DNA of 64,000 nt from Octopus vulgaris (GCA_951406725.2 OX597839.1:28892001-28956000), one strand, 5' to 3'; positions 26,123-38,759 are shown, numbered from the stretch's first letter. Translations and numbers: made by a program. Notes: generated from the letters alone by a model not told the origin.

Positions 26123-26167
26123 TGAACCTGAAGATTGCATAATTTAATGCATGAAAGAACTAGTTCA
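26123..26167 (+). ncRNA. Minimal type I hammerhead ribozyme motif with intact core
   Basis: TGAAC-CTGAAGA-T-TGCAT-AATTTA-ATGCA-T-GAAA-GAAC-TA-GTTCA: 5-bp stem I, CUGANGA, 5-bp stem II, GAAA, 2-bp stem III, CUA triplet. Confidence 0.6.
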
Positions 26168-26654
26168 ATCAGAATGAACATTTAACATTCTATTATTATA
26201 TTCTATTATATTATATCATTATAAGATTGTAAATAAAACGTGAAAATCAGTCAAGGTTGGAATTCCTTTTATTAATATATTGTTCTATACACAATCACAC
26301 CCCCCCATATATATATCTATATATATATACACATATGTGTGTGTGTGTATGCAATTAGTCACACATATGTTCACCCATCCATACACACACACAAACACAC
26401 ATACATGTAGAGACATACAAATATCCCTACATACATAGACATGCACAGAAGCTCCTATTACAATAGAACTGTATCTGTGACTGGGTCACAATTGTGAGGA
26501 GACAAAGATATTCTCCACCTCATGAAATGAATATGAACATAAAGGTGCATTTAACAGTTTCTATGTGAAATTTAATGACTGTCTCCATGCTGTATTTGTG
26601 TATACATACATACACACATATATTCTTTTATTCCTTATATATATATATATATAA

Positions 26655-26850
26655 CAGGGAAAGTTTACGAAAATAAACAAAAGACGAAGGCAGGTGGAGT
26701 ACAAACAAACAAATGTATTAGTATAGCGCTCAGGAATAGAAATAGAAAAAGTCTTTTACGTTTCGAGCCTACGCTCTTCGACAGAAAGATACACAGAAAA
26801 GAAACAAGGAGAGAAAAAAATGCGTGTAGGAGCTAATGGTCCACTATGGC
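26655..26850 (-). mobile_element. Family H1 element (best-preserved hammerhead-like copy)
   Basis: Minus strand TCTTT-CTGTCGA-A-GAGC-GTAG-GCTC-GAAA-C-GTA-AAAGA at 26752-26789. Confidence 0.7.
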
Positions 26851-27696
26851 GTTCTGACTTCAGGCAGAAGTCAGAGGTCAGAGGTCAGATGTTATATATA
26901 TACATTATGTATATATTTGTGTGTTTGTTCTGCTGCCACCACCACCACCATCACTTGATAACCAATGCTGGTGTGTTTGTGTCCCTCATAACATAGCAGT
27001 TCAGCGATAGACACCAATAGAATAAGTACCAGGTTTACAAAGAATAAGTCCAGGGGTTGACTTCTTTGACTAAAAAGCAGTGCTCCAGAATGACAGCAGT
27101 GATAATAAGAATAGAAATTAATATTATTAAATAATATCAATTTCAACCAGTGACCAGCATACTTAAAAATCATCCGAGAACTGTACGTGGGAGATCCCTA
27201 TATGGATATAAGGGATCCATACAGTGAGCTCTCATATTGTTTATATATATATATATCATCATCGTTTAACGTCCGCTTTCCATGCTGGCTTGGGTTGGAT
27301 GATTTGACTGAGCACTGGTGAGCCAGAGGCTGCAACAGGCTCAATCTGATCTGGCAAAGTTTCTACAGCTGGATGCCCTTCCTAACTAAAGCCAACCATT
27401 CTGAGAGTGTAATGGGTGCTTTTATGTGCCACCGGCATGGGAGCCAGTCCATAGTGGTACTGGCAATGACCATGCTCGAATATTGTTCTTCACGTGCCAC
27501 TAGCACATGTGATGGTAAGGCAATGCTGGCAACGATCATGCTCAAATGGTGCTTTTTACTTGTCACCGGCACGGGAGCTAATCTGTGGCCCTGGCAATGA
27601 TCATGCTTGGGTGTGCTGTTAATGTTCCACTGGCACGGGTGCTAATCAAGTGGTACTGTCATCAGCCACACACACATATATATGTATATATATATG

Positions 27697-27960
<264 letters not shown>

Positions 27961-28179
27961 AGCAAATATTCGAATGCTCACATTTGAAATAAAGTATTAC
28001 TATTATTAATATTATCCGTTTACTCACTTACTCTTCTTTTGTGTTTCTATGGTGTTTTGCAGCCATTGAATTGGAACTTTAACAACAATAGGTTGATGCT
28101 TTGTGCTAATTCTTAATTGTATATATGTGTGTGTGCGTGAACTTTGCCCAGGCTATTCTTATTCAAGCAGTTACACTTT

Positions 28180-28692
28180 CAGGGGAGGTTGCACTGAAAG
28201 TGTAACTGCTAGAATAAGAATAGCCTGGGCAAAGTTCAGAGCACTCTTACCTCTGCTGATGACAAAGGGACTCACACTCAGAGTAAAAGGCAGATTGTAT
28301 GACGCATGTATATGAACAGCCATGCTACATGGCAGTGAAACATGGGCTGTGACTGCTGAGGACATGCGTAAGCTGACAAGGAATGAAGCCAGTATGCTCC
28401 GATGGATGTGTAATGTCAATGTGCATACTCGACAGAGTGTAAGTACCTTGAGAGAAAAGTTGGACCTAAGAAGCATCAGTTGTGGTGTGCAAGAGAGACG
28501 GTTGCACTGGTATGGTCATGTGGCAAGAATGGATGAGGATAGTTGTGTGAAAAAGTGCCACACCCTGCAGTTGAGGGAACCTGTGGAAGAGGTAGACCCA
28601 GGAAAACCTGGGACGAGGTGGTGATGCACAACCTTCGAACATTAGGCCTCACCGAGGCAATGATTAGTGACCAAGACCTTTGGAAATATGCC
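28180..28692 (+). mobile_element. RTE-clade LINE reverse transcriptase 3' fragment (pseudogenised)
   Basis: ARIRIAWAKF...LYDACI*TAMLHGSETW...MLRWM...RLHWYGHVARMD...GRGRPRKTW, with one stop and one frameshift. Confidence 0.92.
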
Positions 28693-29499
28693 CTGTTTTG
28701 GCCACCCCATTATCGTCCCACTTTTCTTTAATACCTCCTAGATATTACCACCATCCCCAAGGGGGTAGTACTGCCCACTTGGAGAACCACTGACCTATAT
28801 TTTTCTTTCCACTGTACCTTGAAGGGTCCTGATACATCTCCACTACCTTCTCTCTCTTCCTTTCTATCTTTTTACCTAAGTATCTCTTTCTCTCCGTTCT
28901 TTCCCTCTTGGGGTATCCCTGTTTCTCTTCCACAGCAAGACCCACCCTGTCTCTATTATTCTTGTAACCTCTCATCCACTGGCTCAAAGCCACCTTGCTC
29001 AATACTACTCCCTCAATCAATTGAGGGGTCTTTGTCTTGCAAGTGACTTGGTGACCCCACCTGTGCTGGTGCCATGAGAAAAGCACCCAGTACACTCTAT
29101 AAAGTGGTTGGCTTTAGGAAGGATATCCAGTCCCAAATTATGCCAAACAGACAATAGAGCTTGGTATGGCCCTCTGACTTGTCAGCTTTTGTCAAATTGT
29201 CCACCTGGTGGACGTTAAAGATGACGATGAGGATGATGTTGGTGTGTGTGTGTGTTTGTATCTGTGTTTGTCCCCCACCGTCACGTAATTGTTAATTTTG
29301 CTTATGTTCCACGCAACTTAGCAGATCAACAAAAAGAAACCAATAGAATAAATGTCAGGCTTAACAAAAGAATTAACTATTGGGTTTGATTTGCTCGGTT
29401 AAAGCCTTCAAGTTAGTGCCCCAGCATGGCCGCAGTGCAATGAGTGAAACAAGCAAAAGGATAAATGTTTTTTCTTTTGAATAGGTAGGGTGACTATCA

Positions 29500-30620
29500 A
29501 GTACAATCTGAGAATGTCTCTCATAAACTCGTCTTCGAACCCCGAATTTCGGTCCAACACCAAAATCATTTTCTTTTCCGAATGTCGAAATGTCAGATTA
29601 AACTAAAAATAAAAAAAAGACCAAAAACACAGCGAAAAAGAGAAAAGAAAAGTCGAACACCCGCCCTAAAAAAATAAAATCCCTTTACTGGGTCAGCTGA
29701 GCATTTTGCGCATGCGTAGTAGATGACCTGCACTCGCAGATCCAAACGCTCTCTCTCTCCCTCTCTCTTTAACTATATTTCTTTTAGCTGCCTCTCTTTC
29801 TCTCTCACACTCTTAATATATCTATTTGACACACTCTCTCTCTATATGTATCAGTGTTTCTACCTCTCAAGCTTTCTCACCCCTTCTCTGCGTATATATG
29901 CATCTTTCACCTTCTCAGGTTTTCACTTGACTCTCACTCTTTCGCTCTCTCTCTCTCTCTATATATATATATATGTATTAGTCTCCCTACCGTTCAGGCT
30001 TTCTCTCTCTCTACCACTATCCTCATTCTCTCTCTCTATATATATATGTCTTTCTACCTCTACCGCTCCCTTTCCCTCTTTCTTTACTCTCTCTAAATTA
30101 CGTGTATCTTTCTGCTTCTCATTTTTTCCCTCTTCACTCTCACTTTCTCTCTCTAATATATGCTTTAGGCTTTCTCTCTCACTGCTTTCACTCTCCCTAT
30201 ATATATATATGTCTTTCTCTTCACTCTTTCTCTCTCTATATACATCTTTCTACCTCTCCCGCTTTTTCCCTTTTCTCTGTTAGAAACCAAGTTACGAAAC
30301 CGAACGAGCTTGTTGCGTGCTGTTTAAGTCCCCAAACAGACCCTGATTGATCTGATAATAATCGAAATATTAAGGCCATTAATTTCCCCGTTATTTTCTC
30401 CTTTGAACGACAAAGTGTGTATAGGAGGACTACATTATCCAATCCGTCCTTCGTTTTATAAAACGACAGAGAGTAATTTCTGAGAAAGATTAGTTTTTTT
30501 TGTATGTCTAACAGGTCGAAGCACTACTTGGAGGCGACCTGGTTGGCTTCCTACGTACGACTGAGTGACAGGGAAAGATGGAGACAATTCCGTTGCTGCA
30601 AACACAAACCATTGAATAGG
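29500..30620 (+). promoter_or_regulatory. CpG-rich promoter-like region and candidate first exon
   Basis: Local CpG enrichment, NRF1-type TGCGCATGCG at 29707-29716, CT tract, strong donor TAG|GTGAGT after 30619. Confidence 0.55.
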
Positions 30621-30917
30621 TGAGTGTATATGGCGGAGAGAGAGAGAGAGAGAGTAAGAATATAGTGAGAGGGGGAGAGAGAGAGAGTGAGGTGGTAAAC
30701 GGGTGAGGAGATGGAAGGATGAGGCGGAAGAAGGGGAGGGAGAGGAAGAGGAAAAGAAAAATGAGAAGAGTAAGAGAGGGGAAGCGAAGTACGTTACTTC
30801 CTTCCTGTGTCGTTCGTCAACGGTGAAGGGGAGGAGTGTGAGGGACACAGAGTATGATAGAGAGAGAGAGAGTGAGAGAGAGAGATAGTAAGTAAGAGAA
30901 AGGGTCGAAGAAAAGGC

Positions 30918-31384
30918 TTTGACTCGAGCAAATATAGTGTAATAGGTGTAAAACGACTTGCTGTAAACGAATATGAAAAGAAAAAACGCGCGCTCGCGAA
31001 CGGGGTGAGGGAGGGGACTCGGAAAATTCACACCGTCAGACCTTGACCTTTAAACTCCAGTATTTGACCCGAGCAAAAAAAAAATAGTGTAATAGGTGTA
31101 AAATAACTTGCTGTAAGTGAATATGAAAAAAAAAAAAAAAAATGCGCGCTTGCGATCGGGGGGTGGGTGGGAGGAGAGGACTTGGAAAATTGACATCGTG
31201 AATGTTCCGAGTCGTCTCACCACAGCCAAAAAAAAAATTTTTTTTTTATAGTGTAACAAGTGTGCAACATGTAGTAAACGAATATGTAAAAAAAAAGATA
31301 GGCGCTCATGAACGGGGGTCGGGGAACAGGACTCGGAAAATTCACATCGTCAGACCGTGACCTTTAAAATCTAGTGTTTGGACC
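30918..31384. repeat. Three degenerate ~150-bp tandem units
   Basis: Repeated ATAGTGTAA...AATATG(A)n..GCGCT..GGGG..GGACT(C/T)GGAAAATT(C/G)ACA.CGT. Confidence 0.85.
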
Positions 31385-31869
31385 CTCCCCCCCCCAAAAA
31401 AGAAATTAAGCATATTTGTTAGGCTGGTAGATAGGGATAACATAGCGTGGCCTCACTTTAAACTGATTGACTATAGAGGCTACAAATTAACTGATCTGCT
31501 CAGTCAATTTAGATAGGACCCACCGACAGGGACCCAGTTACTGGAAGTTGAATGTGTCCTTACTAGCATAGAAAATCTACAGGGACCAACCAGATTAGGG
31601 AACTAGTTAAGTGGCAGTTGATGGCAGTTCTAGTTTGCAATGAAGAAAATCGAATCAGCAGCATTCAGCGAAGAGTTATCAACGGAAAGAAATAGATTGG
31701 AGGGAGAAGTGGTTAGCAAAGTGGAAATGGCGGTTAGTAAAGTCATCAGAACAGACATGTGAGCAGCACGAATGGCACTTGACCATTTCAGCATTTAGTA
31801 TTGGCAGTATTTAGAGTCAGTGTATGTGCAGATTCATATGTTTTCTTTTACGTATGTATCAAATCAAAT

Positions 31870-32265
31870 TTGATGACTGGCACCCGTGCCAGTGGAGCGC
31901 TAAGAGGTCCATCCGAGCATGATTGTTGCCAGAGCAGCTGACTGGCTTCTGTGCCAGTGGCACATGAAAAAACATTTAAGTGAGGTCGTTGCCAGTGCCG
32001 CTGGACTGGCTCTTGTGCAGGTGGCACGTAAAAAATCCCACTTGAGCGTGGCCATTGCCAATACCACCTGACTGGCCCTCATGCCAGTGGCACATAAAAA
32101 CACCCACCACACTCTTGGAGTGGTTGGCGTTAGGATTGGCATTAATCTGTAGAAACTCTGCCAGGTCAGATTGGAGCCTGGTGCAGCCATCTGGTTCACC
32201 AGCCCTCAGTCAAATCGTCCAACCACGGAAAGCGGACGTTAAACGATTATGATGATGATGATGAT
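31870..32265 (+). mobile_element. SINE-like family C with (GAT)n tail and 5' tandem modules
   Basis: Repeated GTGCC(A/G)GTGGCAC.TAAAA modules, then GAGTGGTTGGCGTTAGG...GACGTTAAACGATGATG. More than a dozen copies, e.g. 6490-6735, 7925-8180, 15183-15465, 25695-25880, 27257-27660, 52890-53178, 58050-58350, 58850-59055. Confidence 0.85.
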
Positions 32266-32656
32266 ATATAACCCCCCTCTCATTACCCACCCACCCCTTT
32301 CATTCACTTCCTTCCATTTACACTTTTGCTCATTATTGCAATCTCACACAACCATTATATACACACTCCGTTGCTTCACTTAATGCTTTCATCCTATGTA
32401 AATCTGGCTAATGACACCGACAGAATTGCTCACTTACAAATTAGTTTGTATATGTATGTATGTGTGTGTGTGTATATCTATGTGTGTGCGTGTCTTTGTG
32501 TCTGTGTTTGCCTGCCCCTCCCTCCGATCGTTTAACAACTGCTGTTAGTGTTTATGTCACCATAACTTAGTGATTTGGCGAAAGAGACCAATAGAATAAG
32601 TACTGCCTTACAAAGAATAAGTCCTGGGATCGGTTTCTTTGACTAAAAAAACCCCT

Positions 32657-33203
32657 TTAATCGTTTTGTTGCCTTATTTCTGTTGAGATGCTCTGTGTTT
32701 CTTTCAATCGGTTTTAAGTATAACAAAGAATTTTGTAAAATAACTTAGTTATCATTAAGCTGGTGTTAGGAACATAGATTGTGACTAAGGTTTGGTGGAA
32801 TTTTTTAATTCAGAACTTTTGAAAGCAACACATTCGTACTACAGAGGCAGAGGTGGTTTCAGCTGGGTTGGTATCAAAAAGGTTAATTTGCAGATTTTGT
32901 TTCACATAGATGTTATATTTGTTAGAAATAGCAGCCAAATCTTGAGCAAATTGAAGACACATTTGACTGGCTGTCTTTAACCCTTTTGTTACCCTATTTC
33001 TGTTGAGATGCTCTGAGTTTCTTTTAATTAATTTTAAATATAACAAAGAATTTAGTACAATATGGTTATCATTAAACTAGTATTAGGAACATAAATTGTG
33101 ACTGAGGTTTGGTGGAAGATTTTAATTTGGGACTTTTGAAAACAAGACATTTGTGCTACAGCGCCAGGGGCAGTTTCAGAGGGGTTTGTATCAAAAGGTT
33201 GAA
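32657..33203 (-). mobile_element. piggyBac-like MITE-spacer-MITE unit inserted in the TTAA of a SINE-A tail
   Basis: TTAA at 32657, 32883, 32977 and decayed TGAA at 33200. The SINE-A tail resumes at 33204; compare uninterrupted CCCTTTAAGGTGGTGCTCC at ~55527. Confidence 0.85.
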
Positions 33204-33514
33204 GGCTGTGCTCCAGAATGGCTGCAATCAAAGGATTGAAACAAGTAAAAGAATAAAAGAATGCCAACTATTTTTTTTCCATTTCACCATCATCATCATC
33301 ATCATCCTGATTGTAGGAATGATTTTTACAATTTCATGCATCAGTGACTTTTTGTGTCCTTGTTGTTGTCATCAAGATCATGGTCATGTTTATAGCAACT
33401 ACTTTCACAGTTTCACGCATCAGTGACGTTTTGTGTCTCCACAGTATTTCTTTAAGAATCACAAAAATGTGACAATGAAAAGATTTTAAAAATACTTTTT
33501 CCATCTTGATACAG

Positions 33515-33604
33515 GCAGGGTCGTCCAGGAGCATCTGACACACCCTACTAAACACTGCTTGTTGTCACACCCTACTAAGCACTGTTTGTCACAATTCCAT
33601 CTTG
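33515..33604 (+). other. Candidate internal non-coding exon
   Basis: Acceptor CTTTTTCCATCTTGATACAG|, donor TTG|GTAAGG; 90 nt of non-TE sequence with a short internal duplication and no ATG. Confidence 0.45.
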
Positions 33605-34748
33605 GTAAGGAATTACTCAACCCTTTAGAATATAAACTGGCCACCATCATCATCATCATCATCATCATTTAATGTCTGCCTTTCATGCTATCATGGGTAG
33701 GACAGACGGTTGACAGGAGCTGGCCAGGTAGAAAACTATGGCAGACTATTGTGTCTGTTTTGGAAGGTTTTCTATGGCTGGATGCCCTTCCTAACAGAGG
33801 TGAGGTCAATTTTGGCATGATTTTTACCAGCTGGATGTCCTTCCAAATACCAACCACTTTACAGTGTGGACTGGATGCGTTTTACGAGGCACCAGCAGTG
33901 GCAGGGTCACCAAGTAACTTGCAAGACAAGGATCCTTTGAGGGAAGAAGGGCATTGGAGGAGGGGAGATCTTGTGTCAGTAGATGAAAGGTTAGAGTGTG
34001 ACAGAGAAACAGAGAGGCAGAAACCAGTGAGTTGCTCTTGAGGAGGTACAAGGTTACCTGGCCTAAAGGAGGTTCAAGGTTACCTGGCCCAAATATTCTA
34101 CCTGCTTTATGTTCAATGTGGCCAGATCTGGCTACTCACACCTACCCTTCAATGTCATTCCAAAACATTAACAGTTGCCTCATCAAAATCTTATTGATAC
34201 AAAATAATACATGATTAATTGGAAACGATGTGAATAAAGGAGATGTACTTGCATAGCAAGTGACCTGATCTGAGATCATGTGCTGGAACAAAAACAATTG
34301 CAGCATGGAAGGTGTTTATAAGCCATTTAAGAAACACACAAAAGCCATTAGATTCACTTCTACATTTAAATTTAATTCACCAAAATATTTTCGGCGCTTT
34401 GAGACCGAGACCTGTTCACTGACAAAATTCTGTGCTGAAGCATTACTTTTGACAGAATACTGTCAATGTTAAGGGGTTAACTGAGTTCCATGTCAAACTG
34501 TCCGATCCATGCCAGCATGGAAAACAGATGTTAAATGATGATGATGATGATGCTGACAATGATAATGACGATGATGAGTGTGACAGTGATGACAACACTG
34601 ATGCTGATGATGAAAACGATGGAGGTGATAACAATGATGATGATGATGATGGCGATGATAATGATGATGTTGATAATGATGATGATGATGGTGATGATGG
34701 TGACGACCAGAAAGGTGTGAAAGTTATCTCTAGTGTTGCCACAAGTAC

Positions 34749-35283
34749 TTAACCATTTTGATACCAACCTGGCTGAAACTGCCTCTGGCTCTGTAGTATA
34801 AAAACATCTTGTTTTCAAAAGTTCTGAATTAAAATCTTCCACCAAACCTTGGTCACAATTTATGTTCCTAACACTAGCTTTTTCCTAAATTCTTTCTTAT
34901 ATTTAAATTTAATTAAAAGAAGCACAGAGCATCTCAACAGAAATAGGGTAACAAAAGGGTTAAAGACAGTCAGTCAAATGTGTCTTCAATTTGCACAAGA
35001 TTTGGCTGCTATTTCTAACAAATATAACATCTATGTGAAACAAAATCTGCAAATTAACCCTTTTGATACCAACCCAGCTGAAACCACCTCTGGCTCTGTT
35101 GTACAAATGTCTTGTTTTCAAAAGTTCTGAATTAAAATCTTCCATCAAACCTTAGTCACAATTTATGTTCCTAACACTGACTTAATGATAACTAAGTTAT
35201 TTTACTAAATTCTTTGTTATATTTAAAATTAATCGAAAGAAACACAGAGCATCTCAAAATAAATACAGTAACGAAAGGGTTAA
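34749..35283 (+). mobile_element. piggyBac-like MITE-spacer-MITE unit (inverted partner of 32657-33203)
   Basis: TTAA at 34749, 34960, 35054, 35280; TTAACCCTTT...AAAGGGTTAA termini. Confidence 0.9.
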
Positions 35284-36675
35284 ATATCTTCAGGTTTGTG
35301 GCATTTGGCAAAATGCTATGAAACCCAACCTGTACATGCAAGGAAAAGTATAAGCAATATAATGACAATGATGACACCAAGGATGATGTTATGGAAGGAC
35401 TGAAAATAATTGTTTTATAATCCTTTTGTTGTCACAATTTTGTGATTCTTAATAGATGCTGAGGAGCCACAAAAATCCCTGACCCATGAACCATGAAAGT
35501 AGACTATAAATAAAGTCTTTCCTGGAATGTAGTTTCACAAGTTATCAAAGTAGAAATTGTGTATGCACACACGTGTGTGTATATACGGCATGGCTGTGAG
35601 GTAAGAGACATGGTTCCAGGTTCAGTCCCACTGCATGGCACCTTGGGCAAGTATCTTCTATTATAGTCTGACTTAGTCTCAGAGGTACCAAGCCACTATT
35701 TTTTAAATTCTTTTACTGGTTTCAGTCATTTGACTGCAGCCCTGCTGGAGCACCACTTTTAGTCAAACAAATCAACCCCAGGACTTATTCTTTGTAAGCC
35801 TAATACTCATTCTATTGGTTCCCTTTTGCCGAACTGCTAGGTTACCATTGTCAAGCGATGTTGGGGGGACAAACACAGATACAAAAACACACACACACAC
35901 ACACACACATGATGGGCTTCTTTCAGTTTCTGTCTACCAAATCTGCTCACAAGGCTTTGATTGGCCCCGAGGCTATAGTAGAAGATACTTGCTCAAGGTG
36001 CAACGCAGTAGGACTGAACCCGGAACCATGTGGTTGGGAAGCAAGCTTCTTACCACACAACCACTCCTGCACCTATGAGTATGATTCCCAAAAAAACTTC
36101 TTACAGCCATACAGCCATGCCCACCACCACTTCCTTATTTATTCACATTGCTCTGAATTGAGCATTCATTTCTTGTAGCTCCAAGATTTTAAATGCTATC
36201 ATATATGATTATTTTTAAAATGATATTGTAGGGTAGGTGCAAGAGGCCTAGATCTAGCTGGGTCAATGACATTGTAGGGTAGGTGCAAGAGGCCCAGATC
36301 TAGCTGGGTCTAATATAAATTAAGTAGAATATTTGGGCCAGATATGGTCAGGTTAAATGTGCAAAGGTTGAAAAAAACTAATGTGAAATATGTGTTTGGG
36401 GGTGTCACAAATAGGTGATGACTGTGTTTAATATATTTACTGGTGTATAAAATATCAGTGAATGAACTGTTGACACGGCATAGTTTAAGTGTCATCATCT
36501 ATGCCATTGTTATTACTTCCGTTTCTGGGTCATTGTTTCCTTCCTGGAGAAGTTCGTTTTTGGTGACCTCAATCACATTCTTACATTTCAGTGACATTAT
36601 ATTACGCTTGCTTCATGCTTTGGTGACATCAATCACATTTTTTGAATGTCTTGGCTATTATTTCTGCTCTTACAG

Positions 36676-36990
36676 TTACCAGTGATGACTTCACCTAGAA
36701 GTGTGTGTGGTGGGGAGACTGGCATACTTGTGTGAAAGTATGTCACCACGGTCATCCAATCTGGAGTTACTAAATCACCAGTAACCATCTAATTGTTCCA
36801 CTTTTTCTGCAGAGAAAACATTTACTCTTCTGCAAGCAGCTGATTAGGTCCTGCTTCTTCGTGCTCTTCATGAAACGATAGCACCACCAAGATCACTGGT
36901 TCGCAATTGGAGTCCATATGACTCTTGGAGGTCCATGTAAGATACCATTGCTTAAAATTATCAGCAATAAATCAGTTATACTTCTCTAAT
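36676..36990 (+). other. Candidate exons 36676-36737 and 36813-~36990
   Basis: Acceptor TTTCTGCTCTTACAG|, donor AAA|GTATGT, 75-nt intron with CTAAT branch motif and CTTTTTCTGCAG|, AATAAA near 36966. Confidence 0.4.
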
Positions 36991-37183
36991 ACACAAAATA
37001 TTTTTACAACTGTTTTAAATGCAGTTCCTAATAAATGTTTAATTCTAAAAATATATCAGGATTTTCTAAATGTCAAATGGCTCTGTGGGTCTAGTAGAGT
37101 AAAATAGAAATCAAAGGGGTCCATAGGGAAAAAGGGGTTGAGAAACACTAACCAAGAGGAAGATCCAGAAAACCCATCTGTTG

Positions 37184-37231
<48 letters not shown>

Positions 37232-37459
37232 CTTCAATAAATCATAAATCTGAAAGAGAAGCATAGACTAAGTTCCAGACCAGCAGAGTATATAAAGATA
37301 GATTATGGCTGGTCTGTTGGGTTAACAGCATTTCTTCAGACCCAAAGGCCAACGGATTTTAGGGTTTGAAGAAACGCTGTAAAGTGAAGCACTTTATGGA
37401 CAAGAAACCCAGGGTAATCCCATAGACAAGCCATATCTATCTTTATATATATATATCAC

Positions 37460-37773
37460 CTTGATCGACCAGTCCGTTGGGCATCCATTTCACTCCCCTT
37501 TGGATCCTGCCTTTCTCATCCACGTGATCCCAATCCTCCTCCTGAAATCGTGACTCCACCGTTGTGGAGGCCTTCCGAGTGGTCGTTTCCACTCATGCGG
37601 ATACCACTTGACAACTGCGCGAGTCCACCGATTATCAGTGAGCCGGGCGACGTGTCCAGCCCATGTAAACTTGCTGCGGGTATATTCTGTGATGACATCC
37701 CTCATGTAGGACCTCTCTCTGATGACCTCGCTACTGATGTGCTCTCTCAACTTGGAATCTCGTTGAGAGAGCA

Positions 37774-37775
<2 letters not shown>
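37460..37775 (-). mobile_element. RTE-type LINE 3' fragment
   Basis: [39 protein letters not shown] is a typical ORF2 C-terminal motif. Confidence 0.9.
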
Positions 37776-37827
<52 letters not shown>

Positions 37828-37875
37828 ACATATATATATATATATATATATGTATATATGTGTGTGTACATATAT

Positions 37876-37932
<57 letters not shown>

Positions 37933-38695
37933 CAGGCTACTTTCATCTTTCATCTACCAAATCCTCTCACAAGGCTTTGGTTGGCCCAAGACTATAGTAG
38001 ATGACACTTGCCCAAGGTGCCATGCAGTGGAACTGAACCTGGAACCATGTGGTTGAGAAGCAAGCTTCTTACCACACAGCCATACCTGTGCCCAATATAT
38101 GTATGCATGTAAAAAAAATTACCATATAGAATTTGTCTGACCCAACATTCCACAGATAAAATCAGTCAGTGAAATGGAGAAAGTCTGAGAGAGAGAGAGA
38201 GAGAGAGAGAGGGGGAGAGGGAGAGGGAGAAAGAGGGATGGAGGGAGGACTTACTTTTCTTTGTTTTTACCAATTCTATATTTGGCTCTATTAATGTCAC
38301 GCACACTTAGACACACATGCACACACACACACACACATACACATTCATGTGTCTGTGTGTCTAGTGGCACACAGTCAGAGGCAGTCAGTGACAAAAGAAC
38401 CTTGTCATTTTCTTACAAGAAATATTCAAGGAAATAATCATTCCATAGAAAGCCATTGGATGTCTTATATATATATATATATAGACCCCACACATACAAA
38501 TATATATATACACACACACACAAACAAAAACAAACACACGCATATATGCATGTATATGAATGTATGCACACATATACATATACATATATAGAGAAAGAGA
38601 GAGAGGAATATTGTAAGTTGTGAATTACGACACGTGCATGTGTGTGTATATATATATATATGTGTGTGTGTGTATATATATAAATATACATACAC

Positions 38696-38759
<64 letters not shown>

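Noticed and set aside
30918-31384. Repeat-spacer pattern resembling a CRISPR array
   Set aside because: Whole units are homologous, there are no unique spacers or cas genes, and the context is eukaryotic.
32810-35148. Two near-identical ORFs on opposite strands
   Set aside because: By-product of the inverted MITE-spacer-MITE duplication, not a gene pair.
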